Source of the DNA: Macrostomum lignano
Lineage: Eukaryota
DNA length: 64,000 bases
Direction: 5' to 3'
Assembly (NCBI GenBank): GCA_002269645.1
Contig: NIVC01002206.1
Location: forward strand, 124,001-188,000
Part shown: positions 1 to 10,688 of the stretch, in pieces
Numbering within the stretch: position 1 is the first letter of the stretch
Layout of the letters: every line of letters starts with the position of its first letter
Notes under the pieces: generated by a model
What the model saw: the letters and a program-made list of their open reading frames with translations, nothing else
The model's database searches: none
Told to the model about the DNA's origin: nothing
Program-made: the position numbers and the translations under genes

Positions 1-293
1 TCGTTTAAGAATCGTTTGTGCAAATCGTTAGCCGCCGAGCCCGCTTTAAGCCGAATGCTGACGCACCGATAATAACAATCCATTAAGCAGTCGAGTGCCG
101 CGCGGAACACGGCCGGCCGATCCGAGCGCAGGTACAATGACCACAGATAGGACGAGCCGAATAGTTCGAGTTTTTCAACTGTCAATTTGCGCTCCGAGTT
201 AAACGAGGTTGGCTGGACAATGGTCAGATTGCCGGCGGCTTGGTTGATCCGCTCGAAGAAGTATTTGAAGCAGGAAAATCCATTTGGCGTCAC
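1..293 (-). CDS. USP24: USP24-like deubiquitinase, coding exon 4 (continues beyond the left edge)
   Basis: Acceptor cgcccag|GTG at 293, phase 0 with exon 3. Translates VTPNGFSCFKYFFERINQ...VEKLELFGSSYLWSL...LHKRFLN, matching the remembered USP24 segment (VEKLELIGMDFIWKI...LHKKFI). Confidence 0.85.
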   Translation of the reverse strand, partial: MTPNGFSCFKYFFERINQAAGNLTIVQPTSFNSERKLTVEKLELFGSSYLWSLYLRSDRPAVFRAALDCLMDCYYRCVSIRLKAGSAANDLHKRFLN

Positions 294-399
294 CTGGGCG
301 GAGAGTTTATTGAAATTGATGTGAGCTTATTAGACTACTGATGAAGTATAGTAAGTAGCATATCCAAAATTTCATGAAAGATCTGATAACGGAGACACC

Positions 400-750
400 A
401 TTAATTTAAGGATTGTTAATCCGTTAATTTAGGGATTGTTAACCCGTTAATTTAAGAACTGTTCATCCGTTAATTTAGGGATTGTTACCCGTTAATTTAG
501 GGATTGTTAATCCGTTAATTTAGGAATTGTTAATCCGTTAATTTAGGGATTTTTAATCCAGTAATTAAAAGTATTGTTGATCCGTTAATTAAAAGGATTT
601 TAATCCGTTAATTTCAGGATTGTTAATCCGCTAATTTAGGAATTGTAAATCCATTAATTAAAATGATTGTTACTCCGTTAATTTAGGGATCGTTACTCCT
701 TTAATTTACACCTGTTAATCCATTAATTTAAGGATTTCTAATCGGTTAAT
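400..750. repeat. Degenerate ~23-bp AT-rich minisatellite in USP24 intron 3
   Basis: Unit CCGTTAATTTAGGGATTGTTAAT, ~15 copies. Confidence 0.85.
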
Positions 751-776
751 TAACGAACGGCTCTGCTTACACTTAC

Positions 777-1865
777 CTTGGCAATATCCAACTGCAGAAA
801 ATGGTTCTCAAACAGTTCCTTCCTAGTCTTATCCTCTAAGTCATCGAACGATCGAACCAACCAATTAAAGAAGGCATCCCGATCGGTCTCAGTGGAACTG
901 TCGCCCGAGATTAGCGCTGTCCACATCTCTAACACTCGAATTTTAGTCAAATACAGGTCGGCATTCCTCAGAATGTAGTGTATGAGATCCAAATGTAGTC
1001 GCAGATACTCTTCGTGAGTATAATTACCATCTAGAGACGAGATGGCGCACAGATGCTGACCAAATTGTTTATAACAATCGCGCTGATGATCTTTAATAGA
1101 CGTAACCAGCACTAGTACCAGTTCGTGGCCTTGGTTCCATTCGTTCAATGTATTTTTAGCATCGTTCTTATAGCCGTTAGACAAGGAAGAGCAGAGCTGG
1201 TACAGATAGCTAACAGACGGATAGACCAGCTGCTTAGCTTTGATATTAGCCACACACTTGGTGAGATACTGCCGACGCAGGTTATCCTTTGCGTAGTCTT
1301 TCAACAGTGCCAGGTGTTGCTGCAACACGCAATCAATCTGCTGCCTACCTAGGCCAGACTCGTGCGCCATCTCCCACAGAATCTGCAGCGCCTTCTCTTT
1401 AGCTGCTAAGCCAACTAATTCCACTAGTTTGGACCAATTATCCGATCGGCCTTTGGCCGCTTTCCAATCGGCTTGAACCAGTTGCAACAGGTGGCCAAGG
1501 GTGTCCTCGGGTAGGCGCGATGCGGCAGCGGCCAGCACTGGGAACAGAGCCGGCGACGAGTGCGCCATGTGCCACAGCTTGGTGACGTCACTCACTGACA
1601 GCTTGGCCCCGATGAATTCTACAATCTCTTTCACTCCGTCGCACATTTGCATATTGTCTAGTGAGTGACCGTCGCCCAGAGCCAGGCTGAGAACTTCTTT
1701 CTCTTGCATCCATTGGAGCAGCGGCTCCAGGCCGATGCTCTGACGCTTCTTAGCCGAGCTGGGGTCCTTAGCCGTGGCCATCATGCAGCCAAGCTCCTTT
1801 AGGCCGTTCATTCGACTATTGAACCGGCCGCTGCCTAGCATAGCTTGCACCAGGTTTGTGCGGGC
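777..1865 (-). CDS. USP24: USP24-like coding exon 3
   Basis: catccag|GCC acceptor at 1865, AAG|gtaagt donor at 777; 1089 bp, phase 0/0. ARTNLVQAMLGSGRFNSRMNGLKEL resembles the USP9X/USP24 F(S/N)xKMNxLKE motif. Confidence 0.85.
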
Positions 1866-2017
1866 CTGGATGGGTTGGAGCGAAGGCTTGCTTTGTTATA
1901 ACAGAATCGCCGGGGATTACAGATTTTGAGCATGAACTGCTAAAGCCGTTATCAGAATTAGGATTGAGATTAAAAATGGGACTGACATTTTGGGAATGGA
2001 AGGGCTAAAAATAACAC

Positions 2018-2345
2018 AAAGGGTGAGATTTTGATATTGCAAGGCTTTAAACTACCACTGAGGGTGAGACTTTGATATGGCAAGGCTTTAAACTACCACT
2101 GAGGGGTGGGATTTTGATATGGCAAGGCTTTAAACTACCACTGAGGGGTGGGATTTTGATATGGCAAGGCTTTAAACTACCACTGAGGGGTGGGATTTTG
2201 ATATGGCAAGGCTTTAAACTACCACTGAGGGTGAGACTTTGATATGGCAAGGCTTTAAACTACCACTGAGGGGTAAGATTTTGATATGGCAAGGCTTTAA
2301 ACTACCACTGAGGGGTGAGATTTTGATATTGCAAGGCTTCAAACT
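2018..2345. repeat. 41-42-bp minisatellite in USP24 intron 2
   Basis: Unit GATTTTGATATGGCAAGGCTTTAAACTACCACTGAGGGGTGG, ~8 copies. Confidence 0.9.
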
Positions 2346-2380
2346 AATACTGAAGAGTACCACCAGAAAGCAGTCCCCAC

Positions 2381-2971
2381 CTGATCACACGCGGACACCT
2401 CCTTATCCCGGAAGCGCAGGTACAATAGTCGCACGCCGGACAATAACTGAAATACGCGCAAATCTCGCCGTTTCAAATCGTCCTTGCCCAGGTTGGTGCA
2501 CATAGTCAACGCGCGTTCGCAGGCGGCTTTCAAATAATCTTGAAATGTATCCGTGCTAACCTGCTCGGCGCACAGGCCAAACGGGAACAGTGCATAGGCC
2601 AGATCGTTAACAGTGGCATCCGGAGCTGAGCACAGATTGCGCAATCTTTCAAAGCCTTTACAGCTGGCAAATTTGTTAATGAGATGGCACAAATAGCCGT
2701 AGGGATCCCGGTGCAAGTTCAAGTTTGAGCTAGACGAGAACAGCCGCTCAGAATTGAGACTCTCTCTTAGTTTATCCTTCCAGAAGTTCTTATCGGTCTT
2801 CTTGGCTTTGTGCCGTTTGTGGTATTCAGTCTGGGGATTCAGCGCCAGGGCTAGCAGTTCCATCAGCTGGCAGCACATTGGCGTGTAGCCTAAGCGCTCG
2901 GCTATGAGCTCGATTAGAAAGTTGAGCATATCGAATATGCCCTCCTGAATGTCGTGCATCCAAGTATTTAC
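2381..2971 (-). CDS. USP24: USP24-like coding exon 2
   Basis: ctcag|GTA acceptor at 2971, CAG|gtgggg donor at 2381; 591 bp. The junction with exon 1 reads CFQKLLNSSQ|VNTWMHDIQEGIFDMLNFLIELIAERL, as in USP24 (CFKKLLTSSAVHKWGTEIHEGIYNML). Confidence 0.88.
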
Positions 2972-3748
2972 CTGAGAATGCAAGGATTAGAAGATAAATA
3001 AAATACTAGAATAACTAAATACGTCACTCGAAAAAAAACCTGCGCGCATCTACTTTTATTCAGTAGCAAAATTTGTCTTTTGCCTGAACAAAACAGTAAG
3101 GTATACAAAAAGATTTTTATTTTTTCATCTGCAACAATCGTCTCTGCCTGTCTACCAACAGACTCAAATCCAGTGTGCCTGTGTAGCGAGCAAGATAGAA
3201 AAAAGGTGGCGCAACAGCCTCCAGCAAGATCGATAAGCAGTTTGGCCTTCCGCTTGCCCGCTTGTGACATTGTGAGTGGGTCTATCTTGTGTATCATACG
3301 TGTCCAACACCCCGCCGACTCGGCTGGGTAGTCGCAATACCGCAGACCCAAAATGCAGAGGTAGTACTAATTAGATGCCGAGGCATTTAGTCTTAATAGT
3401 ATAGTTATAGTTACTCCTCCTGTTTACCCAAAACGTTAATTTTTGCTTTAGGGGTTCTCTCGTAGGTAAGGGTGAAATTTCGAAGTTGAGCATGTATGTT
3501 GTGTATTATAATACCTGAGGCTTAACCTGCTTCTTCGCTGGCTGCGGATTCACTAGCGATTTGACTGTACGAGGGGCGTCCGGAAATTAGTGTTACTATT
3601 ACTCGGTGTGGACGTATGGAAAGTTGCACCTGCATGAGTTTGGTGTCATTTGAAAGCGGCAAGTCTCTTCTTTAAAATGACACCAATTGCAAGAGATTTG
3701 AATATGTGCTTCAAGAGATATGGATAATTAAGTAGAGAAAGGTCGGTC

Positions 3749-4491
3749 CAAAGAGTATTGAGGTCGCCTAGTATAGAGTGCCAATAAGGATGAAAATCTG
3801 AAGCCGATTTTTAGAATCCACCCACCCCCTCCGGTCACCAAGCTTTTTAGTCTATGGCACAAGTTGTGGCTAGAATGGTGTACAAAGCCGATGCTCAGAA
3901 ATATACATAGAGTGCATGAGAAAAATACAAGTAGCTAATGTAGCTGGACGAATACCATGTATGCTTAAAACGTCCTCAAGACTTTATTTCTGTATCTATA
4001 CTGTAGCCGTACGTACATTTATTGCATTGTGTAAGGAGAAAAGAAGTTGAGCAGGATTCTTGCAGCAGAGTCGGAAAGACAAAAACATAAGTGATAAACA
4101 GGCAGAGTGAAGGTCCTTGAAAGGCAGACGAAAGAAGGATACAGATGCACCAGAAACGCAGTTATTGCAATTAGCTACCGCGCACTTTAGTGGCATGGCT
4201 GTTGTTGTTCAGACGTAAGAGCTATATGGCATGGCTGTTACGGAGTTGTGTATCGACGACGGCAACTGAGTCTGGTGACTGAGCGATGTTGTCTTGCTTA
4301 TTTGATACATGCATTTTCTAAGTGTGAAATGTCTTATATTTCTGAGCATCGGCTTTGTACACCATTCGAGCCACAACTTGTGCCATAGACTAAAAAGCTT
4401 GGTGACCGGAGGGGGTGGGTGGATTCTAAAAATCGGCTTCAGATTTTCATCTTTATTGGCACTCTATACTAGGCGCCCTCAGTACTCTTTG
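3749..4491 (-). mobile_element. Non-autonomous P-element-like transposon (743 bp) inserted in the mariner left TIR
   Basis: ~157-bp TIRs (3749-3905 / 4335-4491) starting CAAAGAGTA (fits CANRG); perfect 8-bp TSD GGTCGGTC at 3741-3748 and 4492-4499; internal THAP-like start. Confidence 0.85.
3996..4196 (-). pseudogene. THAP-domain N-terminal remnant (P-type transposase start)
   Basis: MPLKCAVANCNNCVSGASVSFFRLPFKD matches the THAP start M..C....C.N......SF(F/H).(F/L)P; the downstream W and C-x2-HF residues are absent. Confidence 0.6.
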
Positions 4492-4620
4492 GGTCGGTCA
4501 TAGACTTACACAAGCTAAAATTTAAGCTAAAAATAGCATTCAGCTTGAATTTTTATCGATTTTTCTCGCATGTATAAACTGTCTATGGCCAAATTCGATG
4601 CAGTAAATGAGAGGGGCTGC

Positions 4621-4800
4621 CTCAGAAAACTAAGACTGCAGTTGCTGTGCTGAGTCCATAACAGTCGCGATCAATTGGAGAGCGAGGTTAGGAGGGTCCT
4701 GCTGCACCAGATTCCGAGAAATCTGTACGCAGACGCCATTGACAAGATGCGAGACCGATGGGAGAAGTGCGTCATGTCTGGTGTTGACTACGTTTAGAAG
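4621..4800 (+). pseudogene. Mariner transposase C-terminal remnant
   Basis: LRKLRLQLLC*VHNSRDQLESEVRRVLLHQIPRNLYADAIDKMRDRWEKCVMSGVDYV*K fits the mariner terminal motif Y..GI.KL..RW.KCV...GDYVEK; two stops. Confidence 0.75.
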
Positions 4801-5311
4801 ACAACTCTGCCAACCGATGAGTGATTTTAACGTTGTTCGCTTGTATAACAATTTTGCTTGTTATCACCTGTTATCACCTGTTTTTTACTGTACTTTTGTT
4901 GTGTTGTTTGGATTTTCTTGGAGTGATTAATAAAAGTTTTCTGCAGACACAGCTTGTGTAAGTCTATGACTGACCTTTCTCTACTTAATTATCCATATCT
5001 CTTGAAGCACATATTCAAATCTCTTGCAATTGGTGTCATTTTAAAGAAGAGACTTGCCGCTTTCAAATGACACCAAACTCATGCAAGTGCAACTTTCCAT
5101 ACGTCCACACCGAGTAATAGTAACACTACTTTCCGGATGCCCCTCGTATTTAGCATACCTGGTATGTTCGTTTAGTATTTTGAGTCACTTAGTTTAATTA
5201 AGTTTCACTTTAAAAATAGCATCTAGAATCAGATTATCGACTTTTCAAGGACCTCCTACCAGCAAGATACACTACGTATCAAAACGAATCTCACATCTGA
5301 GTCTCCCTTAC

Positions 5312-5830
5312 CTGAGAACTATTGAGCAGTTTTTGAAAACACTCTGGCAATGCGCGATTAATAAACCGAGTAGCATTCTCCTCGGCCTCAAGCAGCTGAT
5401 CCCTAGCCAATCTGGTGCAGGCCTGCATGCACACGCAAAGCGATTCGTGCTGCTTGAACGGTATGCTCCATTTCTCTGTGAAAGTTCGGCCCTCCAGCTC
5501 TAATAGGGCGGCCAATGGGAACCCGGCGGCTGCTGCGGCCGGCTCGTCAATGTGCATCTCTTCGCCGACGCATGGCGACGCGCCGGGGTCTCCGCCATCC
5601 ACAGCCGTTGTCGACGTTACCATGGGAACGACGGCCATAGATGGCGAGGATAGATCGCATGGGAATCCAGTTGAATTATTAACATTTTCAGCTGGCCGAG
5701 TGTCATTCACCAGCACTGAGATGGCCTCGGAGACGTCATTTTTAGCGATGCGCAGAGCCTCGCGAATGTCGCCCTCATCGGGGAAGCCCATGGACAGCAG
5801 GGTGCTGACCAGACTCTCGTTAACCTCCAT
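5312..5830 (-). CDS. USP24: USP24-like coding exon 1 with N-terminal UBA-like domain
   Basis: ATG at 5830: MEVNESLVSTLLSMGFPDEGDIREALRIAKNDVSEAISVL matches the USP24 N-terminal UBA (TTLLCMGF...IRKALRLAKNDINEAVALL). Donor CAG|gtaagg at 5312. Confidence 0.9.
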
Positions 5831-6390
5831 TTTGCTGCTGCACACAGGAGCCAGATAAACAATTTCTTCTTGTCTAATGCTGTCTTTTGTTTGTCTGTCT
5901 GTCTAGATGTTTATTTCTGCTCTACATCTGCGCCACAGCAAGTGCGCAGTCAGAATTCAATAGATACAATTTTATAGATATTTACAAACAATGCTAAAAA
6001 AATACATACTACTAAATATAGTTGATAAGTAGTATCCAGCAAACAAAATATACTAAATTTTAATTTTTTCCTAAAGAACCTATTCAAATATGCAAGTAAA
6101 GATGACCAAAAAACTAGATGTCCAATTAGGAAATAATTGTCCCTTAACTGTGTCAAATGGTACATAAAACCAGATAAAAAGAAATTAGTCAGTTAGTTAC
6201 AAAAATGGGCACAACTGAGAGTTATGGCTTGGCATTTGTTTATTGTTTGTTTTGTTTGGTGCAGTAATATGTTGATTAGCATATTTGTCATCAATGTGCT
6301 ATGACTATGCCAAAAGGATAGTTAAGAACAATGATAAATATGCCAATTAGCATAGTTATTACAATGTAGTTGGTTGAATTATAAACTTTG

Positions 6391-6612
6391 TTTAACAGAG
6401 TCAACTATTGCAATATTTGGCGGACGATAACAAAAACACGAGGGCTCAAAAGCCAGAATCAGTCGATATATATATTTTAATATTAGGCATGCACAAAGTA
6501 CGTGCGTACATTACAATCGATAAATTAAAAGGCAACTTGAGCGTGCCCCAACCCCCCAGCGCAGGCCAACCCCAAAACCGCAAATGCAAACTCTCAATAT
6601 CAAGTCATCACA
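6391..6612 (-). repeat. Gypsy 3' LTR
   Basis: Identical to 10689-10910 except C/T at 6421/10719; minus-strand termini TGTGATG...TGTTAAA. Confidence 0.93.
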
Positions 6613-6621
6613 TCCCTTCGC
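6613..6621 (-). other. Short polypurine tract candidate
   Basis: GCGAAGGGA directly abuts the 3' LTR TG on the minus strand; unusually short. Confidence 0.45.
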
Positions 6622-6738
6622 ACTTAAGTATGAAAGTAAGATTAACAAAAATTAACACTATTAGTAATAATTAAAAAAAATATTGAAGCGAGCAACACAA
6701 CTAAGGTACTAAAATCGAGTTCATCAACAACAGTTACT

Positions 6739-8080
6739 TCAGCTGTAAGTCAGTCGCTCAGGTGCAGCGCACTTCCTCATCGAACGGCGAAGCTGCGGCA
6801 TGGCGTCAGGCTCCGTCGCAGCCTCAGTAGCAACGCCGTCAGCAAAAACTTCGGATGCGCCCTTCGGCACCGCATCGCACTGCGGCACCGCTGCCGCTGG
6901 TACCGCCGGCTCGGTCGGAAGCTGACTGACCGCGGCCGGCTTGCGCACCTGGTCCACGTGCCTGTGTGCGTCTCTGCCGTCATCGAACCGGCACGTGAAG
7001 TCGGCCGCACCAGAAATGTCCGTGACTGTCGCCGGTCTCCAGCGTCCGTCTCTCGCGAAGTCTCGCGCCAGCACCGAGTCGCCGACATTAATGCGGCGGT
7101 CGTGCGCGTGGGCATCGTGCTGCTCCTGCAGTGCCTGCTGTACGGCCACCCGGGCGGGCAGGTCAGGGCGGACTCGGTCGAGCAACGATTTCAGCCTCCG
7201 CCCCATCAGCAGCTCGCAGGGAGCCGTCCCGGTAGTCGCATGCGGCGTGACTCGGTACGTCAGGAGGAACCGGGAGACTCGCTCCTCCAGAGAGCCGCTT
7301 CGCTGCTTGGCCAGCGCACGCTTCAGAGTCTGAACTGCTCGCTCTGCTTGGCCGTTGGACGCCGGGTGGTACGGAGCCGTGCGCACGTGCCGGATGCCTT
7401 TCTTGCTCAGGAATGTCTCCATCTCCGCGCTGACCAGCTTCGGACCGTTGTCGGAGACGATCACGTCCGGCAGACCGTGAGTTGCAAAGCTCGACCGCAG
7501 CTTCTCGATAGTCGCAGTCGACGACGTCGAAGGCATCACACGCACGTCCATCCACTTGGAGTGAGCGTCCACGACAACCAGCAACATCCGGCCCTGGACT
7601 GGCCCGGCGTAGTCAATGTGCAGGCGCGACCACGGCTTGTCTGGCCACGCCCACGGCTGCAGTGGAAACGGACCTGGCGACTTCTGCATCTCCTGGCACT
7701 CGGTGCACGCGGCGACCAGCCGCTCGATCGCCTCTTCCAGCTTGGGCCACCAGAAAACGCTTCGAGCCAGCGCCTTCATTCTCGTGGCGCCCTGGTGCCC
7801 CTGGTGCAGGCAGTGCAGCAGCGCCTCTCGACCGGCCTCGGGAACTACGACTCGGCAGCCCCAGAGCAGACAGCCGTCTTGGGTGCTCAGCTGGTCGGCT
7901 CGCGTGCAGTACGGCTGCAGCTCAGGCGGCGGCCGCTCTGGCCAGCAGCCGGTCTCAGTGAAACGCAGAACTCGGGACAAGTCCGGGTCTGTCCGAGTCC
8001 ACGTCCGGATGTGCCGAGCCGTCACCGGTCCCTCGTCCAGGAAGTCCATGAGTAGGACGACTTCAGCTGGAGTTGGCGCT
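6739..8080 (-). pseudogene. Gypsy integrase (HHCC zinc finger + DDE core)
   Basis: LHQGHQG...CTEC; RLHIDYAGP; IVSDNG; PYHPASNGQAERAV; out of frame with RNase H. Confidence 0.92.
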
Positions 8081-9286
8081 TCGGCTTCTCCGGCAGCGGC
8101 AGCCGACTCAGCGCATCGGCTCGAAGCAGCGACTTGCCCGCTCGGTGGACCATGGAGTACTGGTAGCCGGCCAGGAGCAGCGCCCACCGCTGGATTCTGC
8201 CAGAAGCCAGTGCTGGTATCGGCTTGGACTGGTGCAGCAGACCGAGCAGCGGCTTGTGGTCGCTCACCAGCTTGAAGTCTCGCCCGAACAGGTACATGTG
8301 AAATTTCTTAACTCCGTAAATGACCGCGAGCGCCTCCTTCTCGAGCTGGGAGTATCGGGTCTCTGCTTCATGTAGCGTGCGAGAGGCGAAGGCGATCGGC
8401 CTATCGACTCCGTCGATTCGGTGGCTGATGACGGCGCCGATGCCATAAGGCGAGGCGTCGCACTCGAGCACCAGCGGCTTCTGACGGTCGAAATGCGCAA
8501 GCACCGGTGCCTGGCTGAGTAGCGACTTGCACCTGCGAAACGCCTCGTCCTGCACAGCGTCCCATCGCCAGGGGGCGCCCTTGTTCAGCAGCTGGTTCAG
8601 CGGCGCCAGTTCGGTTGACAGATTGGGCATGAACTTGCCGTAATAATTTACCAGCCCGAGGAAGCTGCGCAGCTGCGTCTGGTCGCGGGGCGGTGGCGCG
8701 TCCTGGATCGCCCGCACCTTGTCCTGGAGAGGGTGCAGCCCTTCGGCGTCGATTCGGTGCCCGAGGTAGCTGATGCTCTGCTGCATAAAGCTGCACTTAC
8801 TCAGGCCGCACCGGAGGCCGCTCTGCTGCAGTCGCCGAAGGACCTGCTCCAGCGTCTTCAGGTGGCTGTCATCATCCACGCCGGTAACCAGCAGGTCGTC
8901 AACAAAGCAGGTGACGTGGGGAATGCCCTGCAGGAGGCAGTCCATCTGGCGCTGGAAAATGCCGACAGCGGGAGCAACTCCGAACGGCAGTCTCGTGTAC
9001 CGCAGCAGCCCCTTGCTGGTGTTGATGGTGCAGAGTTCTTGCGAGGCTTCGTCCAGAGGCAGCTGCGAGTACGCTTGCGACAAGTCAAGCTTAGTGAATT
9101 TCTTTCCGCCGGCCAGTTTCGCGAAGAGCTCCTCGATTCTCGGCACCGGGTACGTGTCGGGCTCGACGTCGAGGTTCACCGTTTTTTTAAAATCAGTGCA
9201 TACAGTATGCGGACCGAGCCATCTGTCTTTAAAACGGGTACGATCGGAGACGCATAGTCCGAGCTGCTCACTGGCTTCAGCACTCC
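8075..9286 (-). pseudogene. Gypsy reverse transcriptase + RNase H
   Basis: FTKLDLSQAY, RLPFGV, FVDD, CDASPYGIGAV, EKEALAV, DHKPL, ADALSRL; 5-bp insertion at 9201-9207 and a 1-nt frameshift near 8080. Confidence 0.92.
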
Positions 9287-10675
9287 CTATTCGATCTCTT
9301 TTTCGAGTTGCGCCTCGACCTTCTCCTTCAGCGCAAGCGGGACGTTCCTGGCCTTGAAGAACCTCGGCCGCGCTGAGGCTTTCAGCTGCAGCCGAACCGC
9401 GGGCCCCGTGTACCGACCAAGGCCCGGCTCGAAGACTTCGGCGTACTTGTCCAGCAGGCTCTTGAGTCCTGGTTGCCCTGACGGATGCTGTTGCACCTGC
9501 TTGATGTCTCGCCAGTCCAGCGGAAGTTCGGCCAGCCAGTCGCGGCCAACCAGATTCGAGCCGGCACCATCGATCACGAGCAGCGGCAGCACCTTGCTGG
9601 CGATCTCGGTCTGCGCGCGAACTCGAAGTTGGCCGAGAACGGGCACCAGCTCTCCGGAGTACGTCCGCAGCTGCGTGTTGACTCGCTCGAGTCTGGGACG
9701 CCCTCGTAGTACTTCGTTGTAGGTCTTCGCAGAGATGAGTGACACAGACGCCCCAGTATCGACCTCCATGCAGACTGGCGTGCCGTCGATGTCGATGGTG
9801 GTCTTAATTGGCGGAATCTTGCCGCCTACGGCGGCGGCCATCACGTGCAGCGAGAAAGCCTCCTCATCTGCCTCCTCCGCCTGCAGCTCTTGGACGGTCG
9901 AGTCGACGCGACGATTAGAAGCTCGCTGCGGCCCCGTCGATCTCTCGTCCCACTGAGCAGGCGGCGCTGCCTTGCACGCAGCAGCGATGTGTCCGGTTTT
10001 CGAGCATGCGTAGCACTTACTATTCATGAACGGGCACTTTGCAGCCAGGTGGCGCTGGGACAGGCATCGATAGCAACGCTTCGCTGGCGGCCCGCTGGCC
10101 GCCTCCCGCCGGGCAGAATGGTGAAGAGCGTGCACCATGTCAGAGCCGGCGCCTTTAGCCACCAGCAGGTTGCCTTGAGCGGCCGACTCGTGGGCCTGCG
10201 CCAGCGACAGCGCCGTGTCCAGTGAGAGCTCCTTCTCTGTGAAGAGCCTCCGCTGAATGGAATCATCACTGATCCCCAGGACCAGTCGGTCCCTGAGCAT
10301 GCTGCTGAGGCCAACGCCGAAATTGCAGTCCCGAGCTAGCTTGCGCAGCTCAGCCAGGAACTCTGCCACCGACTCGCCTGCCTGACGGCTTCTGCTGTAG
10401 AACCTGAATCGCCGTACAATCTCTGGTGGGGTTGGATCAAAATGCTCCTTTAGCTTAGCACAGATGGCGTCGTAGGTCGTGTCCTTCGGCAGAGCCGGTG
10501 ACAGCAGGTTTGATATCAGCTGGTAGGTGTCCCTGCCACAGATGCTCAGCAGCACGGCTCGTCTCTTTTCATTGCTGATTTCATTTGCTGTGAAAAACTG
10601 TTCTAAGCGCTCCTGGTACTGCTGCCAGGTCTCAGTGCCCTCTTCAAAGGGTCCTATTGAGCCTATAAGACTCAT
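9287..10675 (-). pseudogene. Gypsy gag + two CCHC knuckles + aspartic protease + RT start (premature TAG)
   Basis: MSLIGSIGPFEEG...; CYRCLSQRHLAAKC and CYACSKTGHIAAAC; EVDTGAS; TAG at 9289-9287 interrupts EKEIE*GVLKPVSSSDYASPIVPV. Confidence 0.9.
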
Positions 10676-10676
10676 T

Positions 10677-10687
10677 CCTCGTCGCCA
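10677..10687 (-). promoter_or_regulatory. Primer binding site complementary to the tRNA-Ser(GCU) 3' end
   Basis: TGGCGACGAGG is the reverse complement of CCUCGUCG-CCA, the 3' end of metazoan tRNA-Ser(GCU) as recalled; gag ATG follows after 1 nt. Confidence 0.75.
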
Positions 10688-10688
10688 C

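Larger units (their letters stand above)
3570..5146 (+). mobile_element. Non-autonomous mariner element with ~196-bp TIRs (USP24 intron 1)
   Basis: TA|CGAGGGGCGTCCGGAAA...TTTCCGGATGCCCCTCG|TA. Left TIR is 3570-3748 + 4500-4516 (split by an insertion); right TIR is 4951-5146. Internal mariner transposase C-terminal remnant. Confidence 0.88.

Noticed and set aside
400-750. Interstitial telomeric sequence (TTAGGG in units)
   Set aside because: A single hexamer per 23-bp AT-rich unit, never tandem.
9287-9289. Programmed stop-codon readthrough between gag and pol
   Set aside because: The TAG lies after the protease, inside the RT N-terminus (probably CAG>TAG), not at the gag end, and is followed by another lesion.
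6777-10314. Plus-strand and alternative-frame ORFs overlapping the Gypsy element
   Set aside because: Antisense shadows of GC-rich gag-pol; no recognisable domains and no env-like ORF.
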